A DNA stretch of 40,496 bases from Octopus bimaculoides (GCF_001194135.2 NC_068982.1:55887536-55928031), one strand, 5' to 3'. Shown: positions 1 through 11,179, numbered from the stretch's first letter. Numbers and translations are program-made. The notes: a model not told the origin generated them from the letters alone.

Positions 1-309
1 TTTTATAGGGTGGGTTAGCGGGTGGGTGAAATTTGAAAAGGTATATTTTTTTGCATATTCGCAATATCCGACAATAAATATTTTTAGATGTCTTATATCA
101 CAAAAGCAAATCAAATTGTATGAATAGATCGTAAGATTGAAACGCGAAATAAAAATTTCAAATAACGTTGATGGTAATTTTTGTCTTTGGGCATGCGCAT
201 AAACGTACTCCGGTCTGGAAAACGCTATAATCGCTTAATGTGTATCACTGGGCATGCGTAACAGGACATACAGAGAAACACCTTTCCTTTTAAATATATT
301 ACTAATGAT
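1..309. mobile_element. Possible terminus of a non-autonomous Helitron/Helentron-like element
   Basis: Ends in ...GGGCATGCGTAACAGGACATACAGAGAAACACCTTTCCTTTTAAATATATTACTAATGAT. This resembles ends of Lep1/DINE-like elements, judged by recognition only. Confidence 0.25.
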
Positions 310-310
310 C

Positions 311-312
<2 letters not shown>

Positions 313-346
<34 letters not shown>
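313..346. repeat. (TA)n microsatellite
   Basis: Direct read. Confidence 0.95.
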
Positions 347-348
<2 letters not shown>

Positions 349-535
349 GTCAATCAATTTTTTTTCTCCGTGTTTTTCTCCTTGTCTCCGTATTCTTTCT
401 GTTGAAGAGCGTAGCTCGAAACGTCAAAGACTTTCCGTATTCCCGAGCGTCATACTAATATATACTTTTGTTATTTACACCACCTGTCCTCGTCTGTTGT
501 TATTATTTGTATATTCTCCCATATATACGTCTTTA
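347..535 (+). mobile_element. Penelope-like pseudo-LTR fragment carrying a hammerhead-like motif
   Basis: T-rich tract containing TCTTT-CTGTTGA-A-GAGC-GTA-GCTC-GAAAC-GTC-AAAGA, flanked by TA runs. Minimal hammerheads are a known feature of Penelope pLTRs. Confidence 0.5.
394..430 (+). ncRNA. Minimal type I hammerhead ribozyme motif, variant core (CUGUUGA)
   Basis: Stem I TCTTT(394-398)/AAAGA(426-430); core CTGTTGA 399-405; stem II GAGC/GCTC; GAAAC 418-422 directly followed by GTC, giving a palindromic ACGT stem III. Confidence 0.55.
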
Positions 536-1646
536 CGTACCCTACTTACCTGTGTAAGTATATATACACGGATAGAATACATACGAGAAAATAAGTTCTG
601 GGTTCGACTTGTTCCTCTAAACCTTTCAAGGTGGTACCCAAGTATGGCTGCAGTTCAATAACTGAAATGAGTAAAAGATAAAGGCAAAGGCGTAAACGCA
701 GATTAAACAACAATATTTTGTAAGCAAACTTTGGAAGCATCGAATGTGTTTCGTATTTTACAGACAAGAAAATAATATTTCGAATACAGAATAGCTGTGA
801 AAACAGCAGAAAGATTGGGTATTTTACTCTTATGAGACAGAAAAAGTGGTCAGTAGACAACCACGTGACTATCTGCTGATAACTTTTTCCATCATATAAG
901 GGTAAAATATCCAACCTTTCTGCTGTTTTCAGGGCTATACTGCGTTCGAAATATTATTTTCTTGTTTGTTAAATACGAAGATTAAACCGTTTATTCAAAG
1001 TGATTGTTCCCCTGTTGTATAAACAGAAATTGAGTAAACCCTATGTTTCTTTCATTAAAATATACAAGTAACTGTATAATGGATTACATGCTCACATATC
1101 CTTTCTTGAAACCTGTCTCATTATCATAACCATACTGAAAATAATGTTTTTTTTTTTCTTTATATTTCTATCTATTTTCGTATGATTCTATTTCATATTT
1201 ATTATATATCAATTTATAATGTTTGGGTGTTGTTTTAGATTCGAGAATTTCCTTAAAAAAACAATATTCAAACTTGAATATTTAAATACAACTCTTTTTA
1301 TATCACTAAATTTGTGACAACAGAGAATGCAGGAAGTCTACTAATCGGCTCGCAATTGTTTCTTTGTTTCGAAGCGGCACTCAAAAATGTTGCAGGTTAT
1401 CGCTAAACAACAGTTATTTCCCTTGCCTTGTTAACTGTAGAAGTAATTTCCCTTACATCAAATATTAACCAAAAGATTTTTTCGGGGAGGCTGAATCACG
1501 AGAGATACAGTCACTTGGCTTTACTTTTCTGGTATCAATTAAAATCAAGTTACAGCCACGAGTTAGTGATCGACGTAATCGAATATTGGTACACATTATT
1601 TATAGAATCATACAAAAGTCAAAAATAAATATTTAAATTTTATTAT

Positions 1647-1870
1647 GGGCGGCGAGATGGCAGAATTGTTAGCACGCTGAGCAAAATGTCTAGTGTCATT
1701 TCGTCCGTCTTTACGACCTAAGTTCAAATTCCGCCGAGATCAACTTGGCCTTTCTTCCTTTCGGGGTTAATAAATTAAGTACCACTGAAACACTGGGGTC
1801 GATGTAACCGACTAGTCCCTCCCACCAAAATTTCAGGCCTTGTGTCTTTAGTAGAAAGGATTATTATTAT
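1647..1870 (+). mobile_element. SINE family A (tRNA-headed, CORE-like central domain)
   Basis: A-box-like TGGCAGAATTGTTAGC, B-box-like AGTTCAAATTCC, central CTTTCTTCCTTTCGGGGTTAATAAATTAAGTACC, tail TTTAGTAGAAAGGA(TTA)n. Confidence 0.85.
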
Positions 1871-2067
1871 GAGCTGGCAGAATCATTAGCTCGCCGGGCA
1901 AAATGTTTAGCGGTATTTCGTCTGTCTTTACGTTCTAAGTTCAAATTCTGTCGAGGTCAACTTTGCCTTTCATCCTTTCGGGTCGATGAAATAAGTACCA
2001 CTGAGTACTGAGATAGATGTAATCAACTTCCCCGAAATTATGGCCAAAATTTGAAACAATTATTATT
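1871..2067 (+). mobile_element. SINE family A, tandem copy
   Basis: Starts directly after the (TTA)n tail of the previous copy. Same head and core; tail ends AAATTTGAAACAATTATT. Confidence 0.85.
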
Positions 2068-2510
2068 TTGTTACTTGGAGCATCTGGAGAAAAAAGTTTT
2101 GCCTATGAGGTTTGCAGGCCATCCGAAACCGGTGAGTTTGATAACATTAATATTCCTCTTGGAATGGGTTGTGCCAATGGCTTTTGCACGCCCTTCTATA
2201 AAGGCAAGTTTGTTTACAGTTAATATTGCTCTTGAATCGTTCTCAATCAGCAACTGCGTGAAATATATGCAGAAAGGGAGCAGAAATATATGCAGAAAGG
2301 GAGCAGACATTCCGCAGAAGGTTCGAGCATGGTGTTTAGGGAGTGATTGCGAGAGTGTTGAATGAAAGAAAAAACAAAAACAAAAAACAGTTGTGTAAGT
2401 CAAGGCAATGATTACGATGGGAGCAGGTGAGTGGGGGTGGCATGAGCTCTTATAACTCTCGGGAGCAGGTGCTATTATAGTAGTATTAAGAATGCACAAA
2501 TCATCATCTT

Positions 2511-2730
2511 TGTTTTAGTTTTATCTTTTGCTCGTTTTAGTCATTGGAGTGCGACCATACTGAGTTACCGCCTTGAACTGTTCAATCGAACAAGTCGGAC
2601 CAACAGCTTATATTTTAACTCTGGTATTAATTCTACCGTTCTCTTTCGCAGAACTGCAAAGTTAGGAACGTAGAAAAAGCAAGGTACACAAACACACACG
2701 CATACGCTAACACACACACACACACACAAC
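2511..2730 (-). mobile_element. SINE family B, degenerate 3' half
   Basis: Matches the reverse complement of the family B tail (GTCATT...ACCGCCTTGAAC...), followed by AC-rich repeats. Confidence 0.6.
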
Positions 2731-3157
2731 TTATACATACATACATGCATACATACATACATATACATACGCGGGCGCGCACGCACAATCATACATCTGT
2801 ATAACTTTACAAGTTGGCGTTTTACCTACTCCCACAGCACAAATAAATAACAAGGTGTTTTGAAACCACTAACAAAATTGTAAAAGGATCATTAATATGC
2901 ACTGGAATAAGGACTGCAATAATAAGAAGATTATTTTGAAATTTAATACGAATTACTGCTATTCTTATGAACGGAGTTGCAGACTATATTATTAAACCTG
3001 AATTCCCGAGTACCTTGTATACATTGATTAGAACTAAGGGGAAATAGTGAACGCCGGGAGAAATATTTTCTTTGAAAAGAGAAAAGATAGAAGAAAGAGA
3101 TAGAAGACGTCCAGTCCTTAGGACGTTGTGCAGGAATAGAACGATGGTCCCGTGGGG

Positions 3158-3239
3158 AAAAGGAAGGGGTCGATTTGTTCGATTAAAGGCGGTGCTCCAG
3201 CATGGCCACAATTAAATGACTGAAACAAATAAAATAAAA

Positions 3240-3243
<4 letters not shown>
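3158..3243 (+). mobile_element. SINE family B, 3' tail fragment
   Basis: GGGGTCGATTTGTTCGATTAAAGGCGGTGCTCCAGCATGGCC...GACTGAAACAAATAAAATAAAAGAAT, then (TA)n(CA)n. Confidence 0.8.
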
Positions 3244-3297
<54 letters not shown>

Positions 3298-3463
3298 GCA
3301 CGCACACACACAAGCATATATGGGTACAGGACGTCACCAACGGTGCAAATAACATGAAATACGTAAGCAATGAGAAAAAAAGGGAAAACAGGATAAGTAG
3401 ACAGAAAGGACCTTTCATCAGTTTTCGGCTGTCTATCTACTCCTTATTTCGAGCGTGTGTGTG

Positions 3464-3509
<46 letters not shown>

Positions 3510-3569
3510 CATGTATGCATGTATACATTATGCAATCAATAGTAGAAGGATGAAAACTGTCGCCAGGAT

Positions 3570-3914
3570 CAGTGGTTTTCAACCGAGCTCCATATGGCCC
3601 CTAAAGCTCCATATAAGATTTTTGGGACTCCACGCAACAGAATAGTAAATAGGGGATCCACAATAGTATTTGAAGGGCCCCTGAAAAACTTCTGCTTTAG
3701 ATGTATGTATTGGAATGTATTGTAAGAAGGAAGTTATTTTCTCTAACATTTTACATAGTTTAATCTACACAAGTTAACGTGTGGAAAACAAAATAGGAAT
3801 TTTGAATGAAGCTTCTATAAAACTAGTGTTTTAAATTTGCATGGTAATGGGATTCCACCAGAATAAAATAGTATTCAAAAGTGTACATGCATAAAAAACG
3901 GTTCAGAACCCCTG
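3570..3914. mobile_element. Non-autonomous hAT (Charlie/Buster-type) MITE
   Basis: TIRs CAGTGGTTTTCAACC (3570-3584) and GGTTCAGAACCCCTG (3900-3914) match 12/15. The 8-bp flanks GCCAGGAT/GTCAAGAC match 5/8, with all three differences transitions, and resemble the NTCTAGAN target. Confidence 0.75.
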
Positions 3915-4021
3915 GTCAAGACCATAGCAAGTTTTGAACTCATAATATAAGACAACGTGACGAAATATTTTGACGATCTTTACAGCAATTCAGTCCAATT
4001 ACTCTCGTTTGTACTTAATCT

Positions 4022-4091
4022 AAGGGAGATAACTTTTACATTTAGTGCACAAGGGCAATAACTTTTACATTTACTATACAGGGGATATAAG
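4022..4091. repeat. 29-bp local tandem duplication (about 2.4 copies)
   Basis: AAGGGAGATAACTTTTACATTTAGTGCAC / AAGGGCAATAACTTTTACATTTACTATAC / AGGGGATATAAG. Confidence 0.8.
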
Positions 4092-4343
4092 AATTACTTA
4101 ATGACAAAATTGTTTAGTGTCGAAGAATGGAGAATAAGTAAATAAATAAATAAATAATCAATAAATAAATAATCAATAAATAACAATTTCGAGCTGATTA
4201 TGAGAATTCATGCATCTTTGTTGATACAAGTTTAGTTAGCGACTTGCAGATCTCTAGTCGACCCATATTTACATATTGAAGTCAGAATCAAATCCCAACA
4301 CTAAAATGAACGATAAATAGATAATAAAAAATAAATAGGTATA

Positions 4344-4505
4344 GACATAGGTGTGCAGTTAAGAAGCTAAGCTCGTTTTCCAACAGCGTGGTTTCAGGTT
4401 CAGTGCCATTGCGTAGAACTTTGGGCAAGCGTCTTCTGCTATAGCCGCGAGTCGACCAATTTCTTGTGAGTGAATTTGGTAGACCATTGCATATATATAT
4501 ATATA
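4344..4505 (+). mobile_element. SINE family B, 5' half running into gap
   Basis: Head ...AAGAAGCTAAGCTCGTTTTCCAAC...GGTTCAGTGCC...TTGGGCAAG...GTGAGTGAATTTGGTAGAC, then (TA)n. Confidence 0.75.
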
Positions 4506-4904
4506 NNNNNNNNNNNNNNNNNNNNNNNNNNNNNNNNNNNNNNNNNNNNNNNNNNNNNNNNNNNNNNNNNNNNNNNNNNNNNNNNNNNNNNNNNNNNNNN
4601 NNNNNNNNNNNNNNNNNNNNNNNNNNNNNNNNNNNNNNNNNNNNNNNNNNNNNNNNNNNNNNNNNNNNNNNNNNNNNNNNNNNNNNNNNNNNNNNNNNNN
4701 NNNNNNNNNNNNNNNNNNNNNNNNNNNNNNNNNNNNNNNNNNNNNNNNNNNNNNNNNNNNNNNNNNNNNNNNNNNNNNNNNNNNNNNNNNNNNNNNNNNN
4801 NNNNNNNNNNNNNNNNNNNNNNNNNNNNNNNNNNNNNNNNNNNNNNNNNNNNNNNNNNNNNNNNNNNNNNNNNNNNNNNNNNNNNACACACACACACACA
4901 GAGA

Positions 4905-5278
4905 GAGGCGTGGTCGTGTGGTACGAAGCTAGCTTCCTAATCACATGGTTCAAAATTCAGTTACTATAGCCTCGGACCGACCAAAGCCTTGTGAATAGAT
5001 TTGGTAGCCGTAAACATAAAGAAGTCCATCGTGTGTATATACATGTGTGTGTGTGCGTGTGTGTGTTTATGTGTGTGTTTTTGTGTCTGTCTGTATTTGT
5101 CCCGTCATTACCGCTTGACAACCCGTGTTTGTGTGTTTACGTCCCCGTTAGCTAGCGGTTCGGCTAAAGAGAAAATGTCCTAGGATCGGTTTGCTCGACT
5201 ACAAAAAAATCTCTTCAGGGCGGTGCTCCAGCATGTCCGCAGTCAAATGACTTAAACAAGTAAAAGAATAAAAGAATA
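4905..5278 (+). mobile_element. SINE family B, near full length with internal deletions
   Basis: GGCGTGGTCGTGTGGTACGAAG head, internal (TG)n, tail GGCGGTGCTCCAGCATG...AAACAAGTAAAAGAATAAAAGAAT. Confidence 0.85.
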
Positions 5279-5580
5279 TATACGGATTTTTCATCAATTG
5301 ACGTAACGTAATCGATATGTACTACGATTGCTCAGCTTGGTTTGCCTCTAAAACTCTGGTTTGAAGAGCAACTGAAAGTGTGATGTTAAGACTGTCTATC
5401 AGAGGAGGATAGGCTAGAAGTGGTTTCTCCTTGAGCAGGTAGATATAGATTAAGGAAAGAAAATTAAGAAGCAAAACATTTGGCATCACTCGACAAAAAA
5501 CATTTGATTTAGATTCTCGATCTACATTAAATGTATTTTCGAGTGATGCCAGATGTTTGGGTTTTTCATTTATTTACTTT

Positions 5581-5581
5581 A

Positions 5582-5650
<69 letters not shown>
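5581..5650. repeat. (ATCT)n microsatellite
   Basis: Direct read. Confidence 0.95.
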
Positions 5651-5652
<2 letters not shown>

Positions 5653-5694
5653 CCCCCTCTCTCTCTGTACACACACACACACAGACACAGGTGC

Positions 5695-5785
5695 AGGCGT
5701 GGGTGTGTGATAAGAAGCTTGCTTCTCAGCCACATGGTTCCGGGTTCAGTCCCACTACACGGCACCTTGGGCAATGGTATATACC
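5695..5785 (+). mobile_element. SINE family B, 5' head only
   Basis: GGCGTGGGTGTGTGATAAGAAGCTTGC...CGGGTTCAGTCCCAC...GGCACCTTGGGCAA. Confidence 0.8.
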
Positions 5786-5978
5786 GATATTTCGCTATTA
5801 TTGTGGCTTATCAATACCATGTAATCGAATCATCTCGAAACGAAATGAATCGCTGGTCTGTGACAAAAGAGTGAAATCTATTTGCTGATGTACGACGGCG
5901 TAGTTCACGCGAAAGAAAATTAAATTACGAATTAAAAGCAGCTCCAGTAATGTAAACATCACCGGTCGTCGACACATT

Positions 5979-6352
5979 CTTCTTTTATTCTTTTATTTGT
6001 TTCAGCCATTTGACTGCGGCCATGCATGAGCACCACCTTGAAGTATTTTTGTCGAAAAATTCGACTCCAGAATTTATTTTTTAAGCCTAGAACTTATTAT
6101 ATCGGTCTCTTTGCCGAACCGCTAGGTTACGGGGAGGTAAACACATCAACACCGGTTGTCAAACTGTGATGGGGGGGGGGGATAAATACAGATATAAAGA
6201 CACACATGCAAGTATATCGACAGGCTTCTTTCAGTTTGCGTCTACCAAATCCAATCAGAAGGCTTTGGTCGGCTATAGTTGAAGACACTTGCCAAAGGTG
6301 CTACGCAATGGGATTGAACCCGGAACCATGTGGTTGGGAAGCAAGCTTCTTT
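5979..6352 (-). mobile_element. SINE family B, near full length; extreme 5' end replaced by adjacent Tx1-like element
   Basis: Reverse complement of the family B tail, body and head. The head stops at GGGAAGCAAGCTTCT, where the 3' end of the next element begins. Confidence 0.85.
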
Positions 6353-8120
6353 ATTTTATGAAATTGGCCATGAAGGCCTTACATAGAGGAGACAGCACAA
6401 GGTGGAAAAAAAAAAGAACGAATGGAAAGAATGAATTAATATAATGAAAGACGAAATGAAGGCGTTCGGCTCCACGTCCAAGCGACTTCATTGTACCTGC
6501 TAATACCACCTTTTTTTTAAAAACTAGTTTATAATGCTTTTTCTTTTACCTTTTTAACGACAGCTAATTACCATTCTTCCGAAGAATGCTTACATTATAT
6601 TTTTTAAAAATATCCTGAAAACTTACTTGTTTCGGCATAGAGCTAATGACCAATTTCTTGACCCACCACCTACAGTCTTGATTTTCCTCATAATCCTTCA
6701 ATTCCGACTTATATTCTGGGTCTACCACTACACAACGAATGTAGTCGGGCACCCCCTTCACTCCTGATACATCCACTTTTATAGCATTGTCCCACAAGTC
6801 TATTTTGTCATATAGTTCTTCATTTTCGCTATTGCACAATATAATATGTTTTTTCAAGGGCGAGGGTGAGGAAACTTGGGACTCCTGTGAGCTTGTGTTT
6901 GTCTTCATGCCAGGTGGGGGCATGGAGAGGGCTGGTGTCTGTAGGGAGTGGCTGGGGTAAAATGGATGTGGGTGGGAGTCAGGTGGGTGTGGGATGGAGG
7001 TCGTCCTTCACAGCGTGTGCCTTTTTTCTCTTTCTTCTCTTACTCCCAGCTCTTTCCCATTCATTGTCCATCTCCTCTTCTTTGACGCTGGCACTGGTCT
7101 TTATCTGTGGTGCCACTTCTCTCTCCTTTTCCTCAACCTCCACGGGCAGTGGAGCACCAGCCCCTTTCTCACTCTCTTGTCTCTCCTTAGCCTTCACAGG
7201 TGGTGGAGAACAATATGCTCTAATGTGGCCTTTCAGGTCACATTTATAGCACCGCGGAATCCTCCCTTCCACTCTGACATTCAGTGTTGCGTCTCCGACC
7301 GTAACTGTTTCTACCATATTTTCGATATCTTCCACGGCAACCTATACCACCATATCGAGGGTTTGTCCTTGCCAGTTCCTGTAGGGTGTTCTGTTGGCCT
7401 GGAGGACCACCACCTTCTCCTCCATGCCTAGCAGTATGGCAGCTACCAGTCAGGCTACATCCACTTCTGGGGGTATGTCTTCTATCCTAACCCTGGAGGC
7501 ACGTCTCCCAAGGTATACTGGTCGAAGCACCACTTCATCAGTTCTCAACAGTGTTGCTGGTGCAGCCTGGCAGTAGCTACCTCCCGAAACTGCACCACCA
7601 CTGTTTTTCTACTTCTGGCGAGCCGTTGACATGACTTCAATCTTCCTGGCTGCTACCGAATATATTCTGTAAATTAAAGTTTTCTAATATTTTTCTTTTA
7701 ACACTTCTTTGGGTGGGGGAACACATTCACTTCGTTCCTCTCCCTTTTAATCATTTACTTGTATTTTCTTATATCCTCCAGCCTCACCTCTTTACTTCTT
7801 TCCTTCGTCACCTCTGCATAATTTTTCGTCTCCATCACTTCATCTATCCTCTTCAAACACTCCACCATTTCTTCCTCAGACGACGCAATGTCTGAAGAAA
7901 GATAGGTAACAAAATATGAAGAATAATAATTCAAATTTTCGCAACTCTTCACCCGACGCCCCTCCATTAAACGAGAGGAAATACGACACACGTGTGTTAC
8001 TTGCAAAACCACCGATTCAATTAGCAAACGCTATACCGGAAGCAACACAATCATGCCTGTATATGTGTTTGTTTAACTCACTTCCCGTTCATGCAACTTC
8101 AGGACACTCACTTTGACTAA
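6352..8120 (-). mobile_element. Tx1/L1-type non-LTR element with decayed ORF1 and 3' end but no ORF2
   Basis: In order on the minus strand: a 5' leader (AGTCAAAGTGAGTGTCC...), ORF1 with a CCHC knuckle, about 200 bp of 3' region, and the end CCACCTTGTGCTGTCTCCTCTATGTAAGGCCTTCATGGCCAATTTCATAAAATAAA. No APE or RT motifs are seen. Confidence 0.7.
6564..7890 (-). pseudogene. LINE ORF1 (gag-like, CCHC zinc knuckle), disrupted by stops and frameshift
   Basis: Manual translation: ASSEEEMVECLKRIDEVMETKNYAEVTK...VLRPVYLGRRASRVRIEDIPPEVDVA*LVAAILLG...RNWQGQTLDMVV*...VRVEGRIPRCYKCDLKGHIRAYC (CX2CX4HX4C). A charged/basic tract and the C-terminal segment 6564-6923 follow. Confidence 0.8.
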
Positions 8121-8654
8121 ATAATTTAATCTTCATTTATCCAGGCTATTTGTGATTTGCCTTGCTTTGCTATGGCACTTCGAGTCATGACGGAGACGTA
8201 ACGCAGGGATATCGCGGCATACTGTGAGTCTTTTGCATTTAGAAACCTTGCGGAACCCATTCCTCTTCCTGTGTGGTCATGGTTAAAAGAAAAGTGGTGG
8301 TGAGGGAGGGAGAGAAAGAAAGAAAGACAGAGAGAAAGAAACAATCGAGGCAAAGAGCTAGTGCTTTATTTAGCAACCACAAAATGAGAGATAAAATGAT
8401 CTTGACGGGATTTGATCTCACGGTACAGCAGCCGGGATGATTACTGCAGAACATTCTACGCGCTGTACTGACGGCTGTATGATTTCACCACCTTCGATTA
8501 TGGTCATAGTGTGTTAGATAGATAGATAGATTTAGGTTTCTTAAGTGGTGTGTCGAGGGTCGCTGCTTTCTATTTCACAGCAATTATGTAAGATTAAGTG
8601 CCTGATTTCAATAGTCTTTCATTAACGTTCGATCCAATAAATCTAAAATTTCAA

Positions 8655-9000
8655 CGCATGAGGCTTCACGTGGTCGGTCCACCTTCTAGAAATAGCAATC
8701 AAATATAAACTCCCTCCCTCACCCCTCTCTCTCTCTCACACACACACGCACACGCACACATATCCAACAGCCTTGAAAAGGGAAGGAAATAGTAGACAAT
8801 ATATACGTAGTTAGACAAACAGACACAATGGTCACGGATGGGTTGCCTTTTATTATAGATCTTTCTATAAGATTAGGGGTTAAAAATAGCAGCTAAATTC
8901 TCTTAACAGACACAATACCGTCTTTAAAATTATAGTGGATATAGTTGCCTTGGGTGTATAAAAAGATGGTATAGCCATAGTAGGATCCTTAGATTGGCTC
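8655..9000 (+). mobile_element. Old dispersed repeat family D, two degenerate tandem copies
   Basis: The motif CTAGAAATAGCARYCAAAT ... AAAAGGGAAGGA ... ATGGTCACGGATGG ... recurs at 9880, 12295, 12503, 21440, 26850, 34870 and 35170. Confidence 0.55.
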
Positions 9001-9474
9001 AATTAAGGATAAACAAGTGGTAGCTGCTTATAATTGATATATTTCTGCAATGCATACGACAGTACAACTGCAAGTCTTGGGCTATTAGTTGATTGGCCAC
9101 AATCATTATCTGATGACTTTAGCATTTATTGATAAAGGCATGATTGTGCCACAAAGGTTGCAACATGTGATAATGACGGTGGTGTTGAGAAGACCACATA
9201 GTAACTAATCAAAGCCAATATGATTTATGCTAGAGGATCATTGTGTCATGTTGCGATGTTGACAGACAAAAGTTATCCAGACTGAACGAGTCGGTTATAT
9301 ATGCTAAAAGTCGAATGTTTTTATTAACAAATAGCTTATCGTGAAAGAATAACTATACTATTGAATCAACATAGAAGTTATTGGTTCGATTTCAAATGAG
9401 ATTATCTCAGTTTTTCTTTTTTACGTTCATGTTTTTGTTGTATCACGGGGGGAGGGGATAATTACGCCAACGAT

Positions 9475-9668
9475 TCTTTCTAATTTTGGCGTAAGGTAGC
9501 AATTTGGTGGGGAGGGAAATGTCAATTAGATCGACCCTAGTACTTGACTGGTTCTTATCTTATCGACTCCGAAAGGATGAAAGGCAAAGTCGACCTTAGT
9601 AAAATCAGAATTTGAACTCAGAACATAAAAAAGCGGATGAAATGCTACAAAGCATTTTGTCCGATGGC
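9475..9668 (-). mobile_element. SINE family A, degenerate
   Basis: ATCGACTCCGAAAGGATGAAAGGCAAAGTCGACC...ATTTGAACTCAGAAC is the reverse complement of the family A core and B box. Confidence 0.8.
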
Positions 9669-9879
9669 CAAAGGCCGAAATTCCATTGGCTGAAATTTCA
9701 AATTTTTAAGGTTTGTCACTTTTTTACTGTGAAGTTCAGTTAAAAACGAATGTAATTTCTGTCACTCACACTCGAATCTACATCAGTTTTAAAATAAACA
9801 AAAATAGGATGATGCAAGCGCAATCACAATGGTCTGTTTAGATGTTTAACCGGGTTGTCTTCCGTTCATGCTATTTTAC

Positions 9880-10075
9880 CAACCTATGCGAATGCTCAAC
9901 TTAGTAGAAATAACAGCCAAACTTTCCTGAAGTTATACTTAGGGTTTCGAAAAAGAGGAACAATTTGGATAATGTAGTAGAACTTATTTATATAAGGGAC
10001 TGGAATGGTCATAGTTGGAATCTTTTTGATCATAAATCTACTCGATCAGAGCTAACTTAGGGCTGAACGGCAACA
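9880..10075 (+). mobile_element. Family D copy
   Basis: TAGAAATAACAGCCAAA...TTGGATAATGTAG...ATGGTCATAGTTGGAATC...GATCATAAATCTACTCGATCAGAGCT. Confidence 0.6.
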
Positions 10076-11179
10076 CATTAAATATACAGCTAATACTAAA
10101 TCTTGGAAATAATTCTGTGTTTAGATGCCGATCATATAAGGCAGCTGTATTGTAGCTTCGATGATAATATATCATGAGAGTGCATGACATAGAACATTTA
10201 ATATATCGGATTTGCACTATCTTGTCTGGTGACTTCATTTGAGATTGTGTGTTAGAAAATAAAACAATTCTACCGGGAAAGAGTTTAATCCAATTATTTA
10301 AAGCACCCAAATTTTAACTTTCGTCTTATCGTGGCGAAAGTGTCACGTACTTCAAAGTTTTTAATATTTTCGTCGTACATCTGCGCTCTACTAAATGATT
10401 CAATTCCATTCTGACGCAGTGCAACTGTATCAATAAAAATGTCGTATTATACATTTTTGAACAGTGGTACATTTGTGTTTTAAATAGATATCATATTTTC
10501 ATGATGTGAAACATTTAATATGATTCTTTTAAAAGATATTTGTAAAACCTTATGAGAAATAAAAAGAAAAAAATCTTCAGATATCACAAAATATAATATA
10601 TTGTAATTCTCGTGAAATTCAATAAAAGTATTCCTTACATTTACCTAAAATTTAATATAAATCAGTTTTAGCAAATTCCTTTACCCTCTTAAATTTTTAA
10701 TATTATTGGTGGTATTTCAACGGCTGTTTAATATCAGAATACCGTTTCATTGCACAGAGAACACAATACTGAATCGTAATATTGCTTCATAATTTATCGG
10801 CAGCCGCAGCAAAAAGTTACGAGAATTATCTATAAAAGATAGACAAAAGAAAAGAGACGTCAGTTATTTCGTAGTGAAGCATGATAATTCATTTGGACAG
10901 AACAATTCGGAGTAAAGATTAGTTTGGGTGAGCTTTTAGTAAAATGTCGTGATGAACCACCCAATCGTTGCAAGCCTGTTTACAAAAATATACAAAGTGG
11001 TCAAATTAAGACCCAAATTAAGACCATAAAATCCTTTGGCTGAGAACCAGTAATGTAGCGAGAATGACTAGTTGAAGAAATAGGGATTGTAGACTCTTAA
11101 ATTAGCTTAAAGACTTTTTTTTAGCCACGTTATATTTAAAGTGCCCTGACTGATTCTCTTACACTCATAGAATATAGGC

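Noticed and set aside
2071-2499. 142-aa minus ORF with possible acceptor near 2248
   Set aside because: No recognisable domain, the overlapping plus ORF is equally open, and it includes a local duplication. It needs RNA evidence.
5884-5915. CTGATGT...GCGT-AGTTC-ACGC-GAAAG hammerhead-like string
   Set aside because: The core is mismatched and no stem I or stem III can be formed.
6866-7576. Plus-strand ORFs 6866-7249, 6994-7431, 7394-7576
   Set aside because: Antisense shadows of the minus-strand LINE ORF1.
9098-9148. CTGATGA inside a hairpin (CACAATCAT/ATGATTGTG, CTTTA/TAAAG)
   Set aside because: It lacks the GAAA and NUH elements, so it cannot be a functional hammerhead. It may be a dead relic or chance.
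9060-9260. Faint similarity to LINE RT motifs (GIxLIxH, QYGF)
   Set aside because: It needs several assumed frameshifts and substitutions and is not supportable without an alignment.
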